37,501 bases of DNA from Nemertoderma westbladi. Taxonomy: Eukaryota > Animalia > Xenacoelomorpha. Within the stretch, counting starts at the first letter, position 1. Each line of letters begins with the position of its first letter. This document shows, piece by piece, positions 1-11,740 of this stretch. A model generated the notes under the pieces. The model had not been told where the DNA came from. It ran no database searches and saw only the letters and a list, made by a program, of their open reading frames with translations. Where the stretch lies: positions 1 to 37,501 of the forward strand of contig JAUCBJ010000898.1 in assembly GCA_032718475.1 (NCBI GenBank), in the 5' to 3' direction. The translations under genes were made by a program, and so were the position numbers.

Positions 1-12
1 CTGTTATACTGT

Positions 13-176
13 ATATACAAATACTACTACAATTTTCGATTATTTAAAAACAACAAAATTTTATATATAATCATAAAATATTTATAATATAGTTGGATAT
101 ACAAATACTACTACAATTTTCGATTATTTAAAAACAACAAAATTTTATATATAATCATAAAATATTTATAATATAG
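13..176. repeat. Exact 80-bp AT-rich direct duplication
   Basis: ATATACAAATACTACTAC...TTTATAATATAG at 13-92 and 97-176, separated by TTGG. Confidence 0.9.
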
Positions 177-213
177 AGGGAAAAGTTGGAATAGTCAAGA
201 ATCAATGATATTA

Positions 214-642
214 TCATAAATATTCAACATTATCCACTGATTCTTCAGGTTCGACAAAGGATTCTTTTGAAATCATTACAATAAAGAAAGACATAATTTC
301 GTAGGGGCTATGTCGATTTAGCCGTATTTCAAACTTTTCACCAGCTTCGTTGTATTGTGTAATAAAAATAAATCCTTCTATCATGGCTAATAGTAAGATG
401 CTGGTTAATTTTCCTCCCTCATGCTCAGCTTTCAGGTTGTAATCTAAAAGATGAATACTATTATCTGAAGCATCAATATCGATTGAGCTTAAAACTTTCC
501 TGGCTTTTTCAGAAAACTCAATTTTATATTTATCATCTCCCTGACGGTAAATTGTATAATCAATAACAATATAGGCTTGACCATCTTCTGCAAAAAATGA
601 ATGCCTTACCATTGGCATAACCATATTGGAATCAGAAGACAT
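214..642 (-). CDS. Hypothetical 142-aa protein, intronless, no recognised family
   Basis: ATG-to-stop ORF in very AT-rich DNA with globular-looking composition and an acidic C-terminus; no motif recognised. Confidence 0.45.
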   Translation of the reverse strand: MSSDSNMVMPMVRHSFFAEDGQAYIVIDYTIYRQGDDKYKIEFSEKARKVLSSIDIDASDNSIHLLDYNLKAEHEGGKLTSILLLAMIEGFIFITQYNEAGEKFEIRLNRHSPYEIMSFFIVMISKESFVEPEESVDNVEYL

Positions 643-878
643 TATTTAATTTATTTTATTGTAAATCAAACAAACAAAGTAAAAACTTTTAAACTAAAAC
701 CATTACAAATGATTAATTGCGATTAAAGCAAGAGATTATATATAAGATATTTTCAAAAATAATACAGGTCTTAAACTGGGAAATAGCCTAAATTCGGTTT
801 ATTGATTGGTTGATTAGCCGGTGGGTAACTACTGTACAGTACAGTACAATTAAATAAAAAATTACGGTCAAGGTTGAG

Positions 879-1390
879 TAACTATGGAAATGTTCGTATA
901 CGTGTAGCTGGAAACGTGGCGGAATTTCAACACGTATCCTACTGCAGGACTGGTAGGCTGCTTGGTTGGTTGGATTGGTGACAGCCGTGATGGAGTTGGC
1001 AATCAATATAATATCTGCTGTAGTTGGTGGCCACGTTGTCAGCATATACAGTATACAGTGGTTGGTTGCGTGAATAGGAAATAACTATGGAAATGTTCGT
1101 ATACGTGTAGCCGGAAACGTGGTGGATTGGTAGGTTGCTTGGTTGAATGGATTGGTGACAGCCGTGGTGAGTTGGCGATCGATTCGATATAATAGGGTAG
1201 TGTGGGGCTAGCCACGCGATGAGAGGTTTGGGTACGCGAAGATGAATATGCTATGGTTGGTTGATGCAACGACACGAACCAATACTGACGGGAGGTAACA
1301 GCTGTAGGAGTAAGGAGGGCATCGCGAGGTTAGGCTACGCGTAGGTGATACGCAGCGATTGGCTGAAGGCAACGACGCGAATCAATATTG
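879..1390. repeat. Diverged local duplications (about 203-bp period, then about 103-bp period)
   Basis: 30 identical nt TAACTATGGAAATGTTCGTATACGTGTAGC at 879 and 1082, followed by shared GGATTGGTGACAGCCGTG; GCAACGAC(A/G)CGAA(C/T)CAATA at about 1266 and 1369. Confidence 0.75.
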
Positions 1391-1699
1391 ATGGTGACAG
1401 ATGGTCATTAAACACCTCGATTTAGCACCGAAATTTGGCATTTTTAATAGCCCTCTGAGATCTGGCCCGTAGCCCAGGCTAGGGAGGAGTTAGCCGAGAA
1501 CTATGCTTCTCCTACTACTTATGTTGTTATCGTGTATAAGTGAAATTACAGGAAATAATGTTTGAGTTGAACTTTCCTGGGTAACTGTCCCGCAACGATT
1601 CTATAAACATCGCCGTATGTCTACTGCGATAGTCCGATAGTCTCAACTAATATGCAGTCAATCTCTAGATTTATATCTGCATATACGTGTAAGTTTGTT

Positions 1700-2247
1700 G
1701 GAAGACTTCTGCTACCTGGGATCATGGATCCCAGGATAGGTATAGGTATCCTTCGAATGCGTATATAGCAGCATTGAATGGGCTGTCCAGGATTTTGGAA
1801 TCACATGGAAAGCAAACTTAAGAATATTAAGATCCGATTATTTAGAGCAGGAGTAGTACCAGTGTAGTGTAGTCTACTCCTATGGGACTCCGTCTGGGTT
1901 CTAGATGTTGAGGATACCTAATCTCTGTAGCGAGTGGTTGTTAAAAACGGCCAAGTACGGTAGCGTAGGGTTGAGCACAGTGGAAGCATAAGATGGTATT
2001 GACAGATGGGAGGCCATGAGGAGATAAATAAAAGGTATAAAAGGTATCAGATAGTATTTCCAGGTCTATCTTTTACCTGAGCCGCTAGCTGAATGGTTAG
2101 AGCGTCAGACTTCCAACCCATCATTTGATGGGTTGGAAGACGGTCATCAGTTCGATCCCATCTGGGCGTCATTGCCGACTTTGCAAAAACTGTGCCCAAC
2201 AAAAACTTATAAATCTCTGGATGGCACTTCTACAAGAATGCTAAGAA
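1700..2247 (+). mobile_element. Degenerate fragment of the same RTE-like LINE family as 35495-37501, split by an insertion at 1928-2211
   Basis: GACTTCTGCTACCTGGGATCATGGATCC, CCGATTATTTAGAGCAG and AAATCTCTGGATGGCAC..ACAAGAATGCTA match, in order, the reverse complement of about 36140-35895. Confidence 0.8.
2079..2171 (+). pseudogene. tRNA-derived sequence (SINE head or tRNA pseudogene) with a hairpin in the anticodon region
   Basis: A box-like TAGCTGAATGGTTAGAGC, B box-like GTTCGATCCC; 14-bp perfect inverted repeat at 2110-2139. Confidence 0.65.
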
Positions 2248-3744
2248 TCCTACCCGACACGGGAGAAGAAGCATGGTAGACAACCCATTACTTTCTTGCG
2301 ACGCGAACTTTCGATGAATAACTTACACATGCACACACCCCGAAACTTTGATAGGACTCGGTCAACTGCGTTTGCAACCTAGTCTGATTCTGGAATGACT
2401 TATCCTCCCATAAGATCATCTCCAGACTCCAGAACCGATTCCTAATTCCTTCGAAATTACCTTGGTATGGAACTGTTAATTATGAATGAATGAATATAAA
2501 AAAATGCGGACTGCAGTACTGTTTCTGGTAACATGAAAGTTTATTTTATATGATAGGGCAAAGGTGGGGCAACATATCTAACGGACGAACTAATATGAAT
2601 ATTAGTCTGTGTCGCTGTCGCTAGTTGGCTGGGCGCTACAAAAATGTGCCATTTTTAAGATACAGTAAATTAATTGTAAAATGTAATAACTAATTATTTC
2701 AAAACGATTGTATGATACTTTTGTGCATAGTTAAAATGAAGTTGTTAAAGTCGGAACAAAATATTCCAGATATTTTTAATTGTTCTCAGTTTACGAAAAT
2801 TTTAATAACTCGAAAATAGCTAACTGTACTTCTAAGCCGTTTCCAGATTTCAGGTTTTCACTACAGGGGGGCAATTTCGACTGGGACACCGGCTATAACA
2901 TACGGTATATAGACCAGCTTGAAAGGCATAGGCCTACTGGATTTGAGAGAAACAAATTGCGACACCAATGGAGAATCGCGAAGCTTTTAAAAAAAGGATC
3001 TAATTTCTACTGCCTGAGTTCGCTAGACCTAGTAGTAGTTTAGTATAAGTGCCGGGAAATATGATATGGTGACCCACTCCCTGAAAGGTGGGATGGAGGG
3101 ACATGACGCACAACCCCCCCCCCCCCCCCCCTGGCTGCGCCACTGGTCCTGCAACATTTATATAAAGATCAACTATACTTGAATATAACTTGGAGTTTGG
3201 ATATATCTTATCTTAGTTATATTAATTAATTATCAACCTAATTAAAAGGGTTAATAAGTTTTGTAATAATTAGTTTTATTCGTATCCTACAGTAAGATCT
3301 AATATTCTAGACATTAACATAAATGTACATTTTCTGATTTCTCAGTAAATGAGTAAACTGTATAATCTTGAATTTAAAAGCTACAAATTACCAGATATAA
3401 CTTTTGGCGAGTAATCATGTCACTCAACTCAAACAGCAGTCACGATGTATTTTACGATATACACAAATGCAATATAAACGTTATGGATATACGGCCCACC
3501 AGAGATCCCGAAACCAGGTTTCGAGATGAAGAAAAACAGATTTAGAAACCTGACAAGGCCGTGGGAAACGGAACCGAAATGGTCGCCGAGCGTATTCAGA
3601 ACATTCTTTGAGACTAAGAATTTTTAATAGCTACTTTTTTCTAGCTACTCTCATAATAAAAATACTTGTACTGGAACAATATAGAACATAAATAATATAT
3701 ATAAATATATATGTAATATATATCGCGTTCTAGAACTCGCCATT

Positions 3745-3758
3745 GTTGCCATAGTAAC
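3745..3758. promoter_or_regulatory. Candidate RFX X-box
   Basis: GTTGCCATAGTAAC matches GTNRCC(N0-3)RGYAAC; no target gene identified. Confidence 0.3.
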
Positions 3759-4458
3759 AATGATTAAAGGTTTAAAAAGTGTAGTGCTATACGGAACTCT
3801 AGCCCATTTGTTCACTTTAGAGTGCCTCCCACCATTTATTTTAGATTTGCTTTCTACTATTTGTTCTTTTTTCTTATAAATATTCTATGTCGTGGTGGAA
3901 AATCGTCACTACAAACACTGAATTGTTCTGATTTCAACATAAACTGTATATTAATATTCATACTGTATGATCATTTATGATCAGTTCAAGCTAAAACTTG
4001 GCAGATGTACAAGAACATAGGCTGCGTCGTTAATGGTACGCTTATTAGTCTGTAGTCTCCCACTAGAGGGCGAAACGTCTGTAAGTGAAAACTTCTGCCA
4101 TTTCGTCTGATATCTTGATATCTGGCACATTTTTTTTCTATTTGTCTCAATTTTACGAGGGTTTAACCCTTCTGCAATTATGCAGTTTATGCTAGAGGGT
4201 AAAATTGTTCAGGGGGAGATATTATGTTTACATGTTATTTATAGGCCTAACCCTTTCGAGTTTATACTTAGTATAAAGTATTAGTAAATTTATCTCACGT
4301 GCTGCGCGAAGGTGCCACTTCGTACTGAAAGTATCCCTGGTGGTAAATTAAGTAATATAATTTAACGGCAGAAAATTAATTCAATGGTAACGAAAATTTG
4401 TATTTAATTATATTTTTGAATCTAATACAGTATTTTCAATAACGATTTGGTTGGTGCA

Positions 4459-4870
4459 CCAATTACAAACTTGTAACAAGTTAGGCACGGGATCGACCAA
4501 TTACAAACTTGTAACACGAGTGGGGCATTCGTGCCGCAGAAGCTGCAAGCCATCTTAGCGAACAATTATAATTATATGGCTAGTTATATATTGGCTTCCG
4601 ACACACACACACACTGACACACACACAGACTTTTAGAAAACGGCCATAGTACAATTATGACAGTTCGCTGATGGCTCGCAGTTTTGACTCGCCCCACAAG
4701 TCAGGCACGGGATCCACCAATTACAACTTGTAATAAGTTTAGGCTCGGATCGGCCAATTACAAACTTGTAATAAGTTAGGCACGGGATCGGCCAATTACA
4801 AACTTGTAACAAGTTAGGCACGGGATCGACCAATTACAAACTTGTAACAAGTTAGGCACTGGATCGAACC
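4459..4870. repeat. 38-bp tandem array (about 6 units) interrupted by a roughly 180-bp insert containing (AC)n
   Basis: Unit CCAATTACAAACTTGTAACAAGTTAGGCACGGGATCGA starting at 4459, 4497, 4717, 4754, 4792, 4830; internal palindrome AACTTGT-A-ACAAGTT. Confidence 0.9.
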
Positions 4871-5123
4871 CGCAACACCCCAGCTGGAAATAATGGGAAT
4901 GACTACTCTTCCGCATCTTGCTGGTGTGATGGTCTGTCCATCATTCCGTCTGTACAGTATCTATGACTGCGCGGTATGGTGCGGTGTCAGTAATATTTTG
5001 ATGGCTTGCGAGTGACAAAGAGAAAAGCCAAATTTTTAGCCCACTTATAATTATGCCAGTTTCTGTAGATTTTAGATTTAATATACTGTATGTATAGATC
5101 CGCTAAATACAGTATATGAGTAA

Positions 5124-6301
5124 ATGATTAAATGTTACCAAAATAAAATAAAATTACTATCCAAAAACTTCGATAAAAAACAAAATAAAATGATAAAAAA
5201 AATAAAAATTGGGCACCAAGGCCGATCAGAATTCCGGAAAAAACGGCGTATAATTATTGCACTGGTTGTATTTGTGTTAGTGGCGATTGCAGCTGGTTTA
5301 ACAGGGTGGCTTCTGGGAAATCCTATCAAGGAGAATAGATTGGGGATACCAACATCGACAGTCCCAAATACTACCGGCATTGGAACTACTGGTTGGGAAG
5401 GAAACACTGGGAGTACAACTAGTTCTGAGTTAGCCACCACCGAGAGTACAGCTAGTACTGAGTTATCCACCACCGAGAGTTGGCCTACAGCTAGTACTGA
5501 GTTATCCTCCACCGAGAGTACAGCTAGTACTGAGTTATCCTCCACCGAGAGTACAGCTAGTACTGAGTTATCCACCACCGAGAGTACAGCTAGTACTGAG
5601 TTATCCACCACCGAGAGTACAGCTAGTACTGAGTTATCCACCACCGACACCGACATTACTATTGTCTCTACAGCAGTCACTTCAACAACAATCTCCATAG
5701 AGGACAAGTTTTATCACTCGTTTATTGAATGCATTGAGCTACAATGTGATCCCTACGCTCATTCCGATGTATGCGAAAAGGCTACACAATCCGGGACCCA
5801 ATATACCGTCGATACAGCTGATCCCATTAGTCCATCTACCGACGGCAATCAACTGAGATGCGACGGTGGCTGGATTATATTCTATAGTCGCATCGATAAC
5901 GTCATTGGCATCTGGGAAGACGTTACTTCTAATACTGTAGGTACGGCGGATTCGGAGATCCAAACGGATCTTACTTCCTAGGTGGTTTGACTAATATCCT
6001 TCGGCTGACTTACGGGAAGGATTGTTACGTAAAGGTCGACTTGGGTAACTCGACGAGACTCTATATTAACTTTACTATAGGGGGTAGTCCTTATTATAGC
6101 CTAAAGATAGCAAATTATGCCAATTCAGGTACTACTGGGACCGCTGCTACCGGTGTATTGGATAATGGAACATACGATCTAACGGTCCTGGATAACAAGA
6201 AGTTTGACTTCAGTAATGTATGTTGGACTAGTGGAACTCATCCAAATGAATGGGAACTGCAGAGGAAAACATTAGAGATGAAACTTAAATGCAAGTCGTG
6301 A
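5124..6301 (+). pseudogene. Type II membrane protein: signal anchor, Ser/Thr mucin-like stalk and divergent fibrinogen-related domain (FReD); one -1 frameshift near 5933 (pseudogene or sequence error)
   Basis: KKRR then hydrophobic IIIALVVFVLVAIAAGLTGWLL; TESTASTELST repeats; CDGGWIIF in the first frame; in the frame of ORF 5987-6301, from 5933: YCRYGGFGDPNGSYFLGGLTNILRLT..NFTIGGSPYYSLKI..EMKLK, matching the FReD motifs GGW, GFGD, F-LG-L--I--LT. Confidence 0.7.
5411..5648 (+). repeat. Coding 33-bp tandem repeat (about 7 units, 11-aa TESTASTELST)
   Basis: ACCGAGAGTACAGCTAGTACTGAGTTATCC(A/T)CC repeated; one unit carries an in-frame TGGCCT. Confidence 0.9.
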
Positions 6302-6551
6302 CGAACCTATAACTGTACCGTAGCCCGTAGCATTAGGTTGCTGATTGTGTTTCTGTAACAAACCAATATAATAGTCAACATATAGTAAGCAACAATAATA
6401 GAAACAGAAATACAGTAGTTAGACCAACATGTTTTAATAATATCCTCTGAGTTACAATAAACAAATGAACGGCACTGCCGTAGGTCGTGTGGCCTCCGTT
6501 GGGAACGTCGGTTCCAGGAACCGCGGTTGGAAACCCATAAAGGATAGATGG

Positions 6552-6730
6552 AACCCATAGACCCAACAGGTATCCCATGGGTTACATACAACCAGTAGAC
6601 CCAACGGGTAACCTATGGGTTACAACCAAACCATTGACCCAACAGATAACCCATGGTTTATATACAACCCGTAGACCCAACGGGTAACCCATGGGTTACA
6701 TCCAACCCGTAGACCCGACGGCTAACCCAC
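6552..6730. repeat. 38-bp tandem array (about 4.7 units) with a 16-bp palindrome
   Basis: GACCC at 6560, 6598, 6636, 6674, 6712; perfect palindrome GTAACCCATGGGTTAC at 6684-6699. Confidence 0.9.
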
Positions 6731-6744
6731 AGACATCACTTTTG

Positions 6745-9700
6745 AAGTTGTCGGGGTGGGTTGATATAAAGGTTTCCATTAGGGGTTTTTCATTTACTAA
6801 ATTCAGGACTAATGTTGAGGAGGCAGATTTATGGAGACAGATCATTCTTTTTATATGTTGCATTTTAATTTTGTCGAGTTCCTTGAGGTTATTTAGTGTG
6901 AGATATTGACCAATACTTGTTGAGGTAAAGTGGTGCTGGGGCTATCTTCATATTGAAAAGTTTTAGTCCGGTTTCGATGGAAAGTAGAGGTAACTTACTT
7001 AGGGATCCAATTATTGAGAAAGCGGAAGATTTCTTTTGTTGGATATGTTCGGAGAAACATAGGGAAGGATGTAGAGTTAAACCTAAATATTCGTAACGAT
7101 TTGTTATAATGAGGGGGGTTCCATTGTATGTAAAATTATCAGCGGCCAGTTTTACGAAATTTCATTATTTTTGTTTTCTTGATGTTTACATTCATACCAT
7201 TTAGGATACACCAGTCGTGTAGAATATCTAGGGCATGTTGGAGGTCGGCTCGATCAGTTGAGTATAAGACCAGGTCATCCGCATAGAAAATGAGCTTTAT
7301 TAGATTACATACATTTAGAATTGTGTGGGCAAGGTTGGTAATGAATATAAGGAAGCAGGTTGGTGAGATACAGTCTCCTTGGAGGATTCCGCGGAGCTGC
7401 TTAATAGCGTTGGTTAAACGAAGGCCGTCGTAGGTCTTCCCACGGATTCTGAGTTGGTATATCTTGTAAAGGAGGACCCTACTGACGACGTCGAAAGCCT
7501 TACAGAAGTCGACGAACGCGGCGCACAGGACACGCTTTCCGTTTACCAGGGTTTGAAATGCCGCCCAGATATCGGGTAGGAGCTGATCCACGGCCTGGCG
7601 GGTGGATCTCCCAGGTAGAAAGCCAAATTGAAAATTGGGTATAAGATGAATTATATTTCGAATGACACGTTTGTATATCATGGCAGTGAGGATCTTAAGT
7701 AGAACGGATATAAGGGCTATTCCTCTATAATTGTTGGGGTCATTGACCTCGCCTTTGTGCTTATATAATATTGAGATTATACTTTGCTTCCAGAGTGATG
7801 GTATCTTACCTAGGTTAAGACAGGCATTGAATATGAGAACCATAAACGGTATAACACGTGACATAACATGTGTGGGCCGCACATTTTGAATGTTCGTAGA
7901 GTAGACGATCTGGGCCACAGGTTTTGTTATTTTTGGAGCCAGTTACAGATTGTATAACTTCGTCAGGAGTAATGGGATCATTGTACCACTCGGTTGAGTT
8001 TCTCTCGGCATTGGAGGAGACTGGGATTATTTGGCAGTTGGGGGGAATGTTTGGGGTCCCAACTAAGTTGGTAAAGTGAAGTTCGAGACGTGAAGCATCG
8101 ATTGGGGCGATTGAGGATTTCTCCTCCTCTCGAAATAGGAGCCACGGTTTTGTTTACGATTTACTGAGTTTCTCTAGGAGAGACTGCTCTTCGAATTTCT
8201 CACGTTTTGTTTTTAGTAGTTCCTTGTAGCGTTTTCTGAGGACCCAATATTGTTGGTTGCTGGTGGTTGATTCTTTGTGGTTCCGCATTGCTGATAACAG
8301 GGATTGTTTGGTCTGACGACACTCTGAGTCGAACCAAGGCTTGCCGGGGTAATTATTATATTTCTTGTGGTTGGAGCAGTCGATTAGGGTTTCCGACAGC
8401 AGGGTGGAGGCGGAGTTAATATCGTGTTGTCATAGTGCATTTGTAATTCGGCCTGAGAGGATGTTTGGGTGGGACTGAAGTTTGCGTAACTAGGTTGACT
8501 TTTCGACCTGGTAGTGGGGGGCGGGTGTCAATGTGGATGAAAGGCTCGGGGATTTCAATTGTAGCAGACACTCGCAGGTGTTTTCGTGTGGGGTTATTCA
8601 TGATCGTAATAGTGCTTGTCCAATTAGGATTATGTGATCTAACAAAGATCAGATCGATGCAGCTTTTGCCTTGCGGAGAGATATGTGTCGGAATGGTTGG
8701 GTCATTTAAGAGTAGGAAACCTAGGTTGCTCAGGTAGTCGCTAAGTTTCGAACCTCGGACCCCAGAGTCGATGCGACAATTGAAGTCACCCCCGATAATA
8801 ATAGTTTTATTGGGGTCAGTGTGTGTGAGTGCGCTGGCGATCGTTAGGATAACATCCTCCATCGCATTCATTGGGTTGAGGTAGAAAACGAGGATATTCG
8901 CTGAATGTGTATCGACAATCATAAATTCATTTTCTGTTTTTATCTGAGACGGGTTTAGCATGGGTTTTGCATAAGATAACTAGTCCCTCGGAGGGGCGCC
9001 CTCTGAGTTGGTTGTTTGCTGATTGGATAAATGAGTAGAAGTTGTTTATTGTATGTAGGGTAGATTTTGTGTAAAACGTTTCAGTTAGCAGAAGGATGTC
9101 ATCGTTACAGGGGAACTCAGCTTTGGGGAGATGGGCCAATAGATATTGCAGACCCACTACATTCCAAATTGAGATGGTAACCGACTGGGGACGATTTACT
9201 GTTGCGAGTGGTGAGGTTGGTTGTCGTCAACTACTACTGTCCCCCGAGACAGCGGGAGCATCACCAATAATATCGCTTGGAGGGATGGTGTGACTGTGAG
9301 ACGGTTCGACGGTGTGGTGCGGTCTTGCGCCATAGGGGATACGCTCTTCGTTGTTTAGCCTGTAATTGCGGATGCTGATGCCATCGTCCCAGTGAGAGGC
9401 CTTTGATCACACACGACGTGGAAACTTACAAAAGATGAGTCCAGTCTCGGAGGAATGGGTATCACTTCCTTAAATGTGAGTTTTTCCTGAGTTAGGTAAT
9501 CAGAAATTTCTTCAGCGGAGACTGAGGGATCGATCCAATCTGCCTATGTGTATGTGGGCTTTCCTTACGGGGGGTGTCGGGGGTTTTACGACACGGAGGG
9601 TTCCATCTACCTTATTACCTTGAACCGATTGTGATTGTGCATGATTGTATCGAGAACCCTGCAGGGGTATTGGTTGAACCGTTTGTGCATGTTTGGAGGT

Positions 9701-9960
9701 GTGAATTGGGGTGGCTGGAATTGAGTGAACTTGAGTGGTGGAGACTTGTCGGGTAGCGGTAGGGAGGGGCAGAGACCACGCACCATTTGAAGGTTGGGTG
9801 CGGCCTGACGAGTTCAGCCGGAGCAGCTCGTTTTTAGAGGATATCGCATCGCCCTGGGCCTCAGCGAGCTTCCCAAGGGTTATGGTGTACATGGAAGACA
9901 TTGTGGCGAGTTTTTCGGATACGGACTTTTCATCCTCTGCGGATATGCTTTTTTTTTTTT
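6745..9960 (-). mobile_element. Degenerate two-ORF LINE (ORF1 remnant, APE endonuclease, RT), truncated at both ends
   Basis: APE motifs ISIWNV, LLLTETF, IGGDFNCRI, SCIDLIF; RT motifs NNYRGIAL, QFGFLPGRST, FVDFCKAFD, GILQGDCISP, FYADD; several frameshifts and stops; ORF1-like HIGRL..HWDDGISIRNY at 9350-9901. Confidence 0.9.
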
Positions 9961-11740
9961 ACAAGACTGCACGAGCTTGAGAATGTCGTCTTGAAGAGAA
10001 ACAAAATTATCGGCATCCATTGGTAAACGAGGATAAAATAATAACAGGGTGAATCAAGCAGTTTGTAGGTCAGAGTTATTTCGATGTAATACGCAATTTT
10101 AATACTGCTATACAGTCCCAATCCCAATAAACATTAACTTGGTCATTTTGGCGGCAAAAACGACCAAAATGGCCAAATATAAATTGCGGCATTCATGAAA
10201 GGAACTTCTGAGGCACGTTGGCTTGTCAATCACAGCCAGTGAATAGAGGCTGAGTGTAAGTAAAGCCCAGGATGTTGGAAGATAGAAAAAGGCTTCGATT
10301 TCCGGACAATCCCTCCCCAACCCCCCCCCCCCCCCCCCCCCCCGGACAGTTCCATTCCGTTCGAGTAGGACACTACTGTTTTATAGTTCGCACGTTTATT
10401 TTTCATTTTGTAAGGTAAACGGACCGCTTGTATCCAGACAAGTTGTACAGTATCCAATTTCCCTTTCTTAGCTCAGAAATTTATATTTTGCTTCCCGATT
10501 TTACATTTTGTATCCACGTTTTATTTATGGATTTCATCAATTCAATTACACTGTATTGTTTGCTAATCTTTAAACAATTAATTAGATGACCTATATATTC
10601 CATCTGTTTCTCCTGTTCAAAACAAAATCAAATCATGAACACTTTTTCACTGTAACTCGTAACTTAACCAATTGGTCCTTTTTCGAAGAAATCCTACATG
10701 GGCATTTTGGAGCTAACCCGCCACTACTGCTTGGCTCACTGGAAGTGTATTTAGGTAAAGCTCTATTGTAGGCTGTGGCTCTGTTTAAGCTTAGCTGAGC
10801 CAAGATGACAGACATTAGGATGGGAACACGAACACACCATATTATCCTTCCCCTATTCATTTCAATGATAGCTGCTAATCTTTCCCGCACTGGGGGTAGA
10901 CCATTGCCATTGGTTAGTTGTATGCTATTGTAATTTACAAAGAGAGCGGCGCAGGATAAAGAGAAATGCCGACCTCACTAATAATGGGCTGGTCCCACAG
11001 GTCACTTTAAGGTACGTAGTAGTATTTAGTATGATTTTCCTACGTATTCTGTTATAACACTACTAATATAACTAATACCTGTGGAGTTAGAAGTTATTAT
11101 TATATGCCTGAGGGTTAGCTATGCTTAAATTAACTCTTAAAATTTAGTCACCCTGTCTTACTCTATATTCTAGAATTATATTTATTAGTATTTATTTATA
11201 TTAAATATTATTTTAAATTTTGTATAGGGCTGTAGGGAGGGGCTTTAAATTCTTTTCAGTGAATTACAGTATCAATGTAATGGGAAAAAGAATCGTCCCC
11301 TTTCATGCTGCTTATGACAATAGCCTTTACAGAGGTTTTACTCTGTTTGAAACTGTCTTCTGTTACAGTACAGTAGGCCTTTTTAACAGAGGACTAACAG
11401 GGTCGTAAAACTCACCCTTTCTTGTTTAACAGGGCTTATCAGACAGAGGACTGACTAATATAGTCGATAACTCACCAACTAAAAATACCAGCCAACAAAA
11501 CGTATCTGTTACTAGCTAATATCACTATCCTGCTATCAGAAGCAATTATTGCTCATCGCCCCTCAGGACTGGACAAGTACTGAAGTCTGAAGTAGGCCAC
11601 TGGCCACTGTAGCACTGACTGCAGACTGCAGGACTGACTGAAGTACAGAAGTATGACTATGAAGTACAGAAGTAAGTACTGGTATAAAATAAAATAAACG
11701 GGAACCAAGAACATAATACAAAGAACAAAATACTAATATA

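Noticed and set aside
3115-3145. hAT-MITE-like end (CCCTGGCTGCGCCACTG after poly-C)
   Set aside because: No convincing partner TIR or TSD found
4040-4090. Possible third hammerhead (CCC-ACTAGA-GGGC GAAAC GTCT GTA)
   Set aside because: The CUGANGA core is absent (CTGTAGT) and stem I is weak; at most a decayed remnant
4459-4870. CRISPR-like appearance of the 38-bp palindromic arrays (also 6552-6730)
   Set aside because: Units are head-to-tail with no unique spacers, there are no cas genes, and the context is eukaryotic
5121-5126. TAAATG poxvirus late-promoter-like start
   Set aside because: Common by chance in AT-rich DNA; no viral hallmark genes
5135-5707. 190-aa minus-strand ORF
   Set aside because: Antisense shadow of the 33-bp coding repeat
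5922-5940. 19-nt GT..AG micro-intron as a fix for the FReD frameshift
   Set aside because: Removing it leads to the wrong frame (GTA CGG..), not the YGGFGD frame
10586-10890. Short ORFs, and a faint hAT-transposase-like string (WS..KSYMGI..AHW) across frames
   Set aside because: Requires frameshifts and too few residues match; no convincing exon structure
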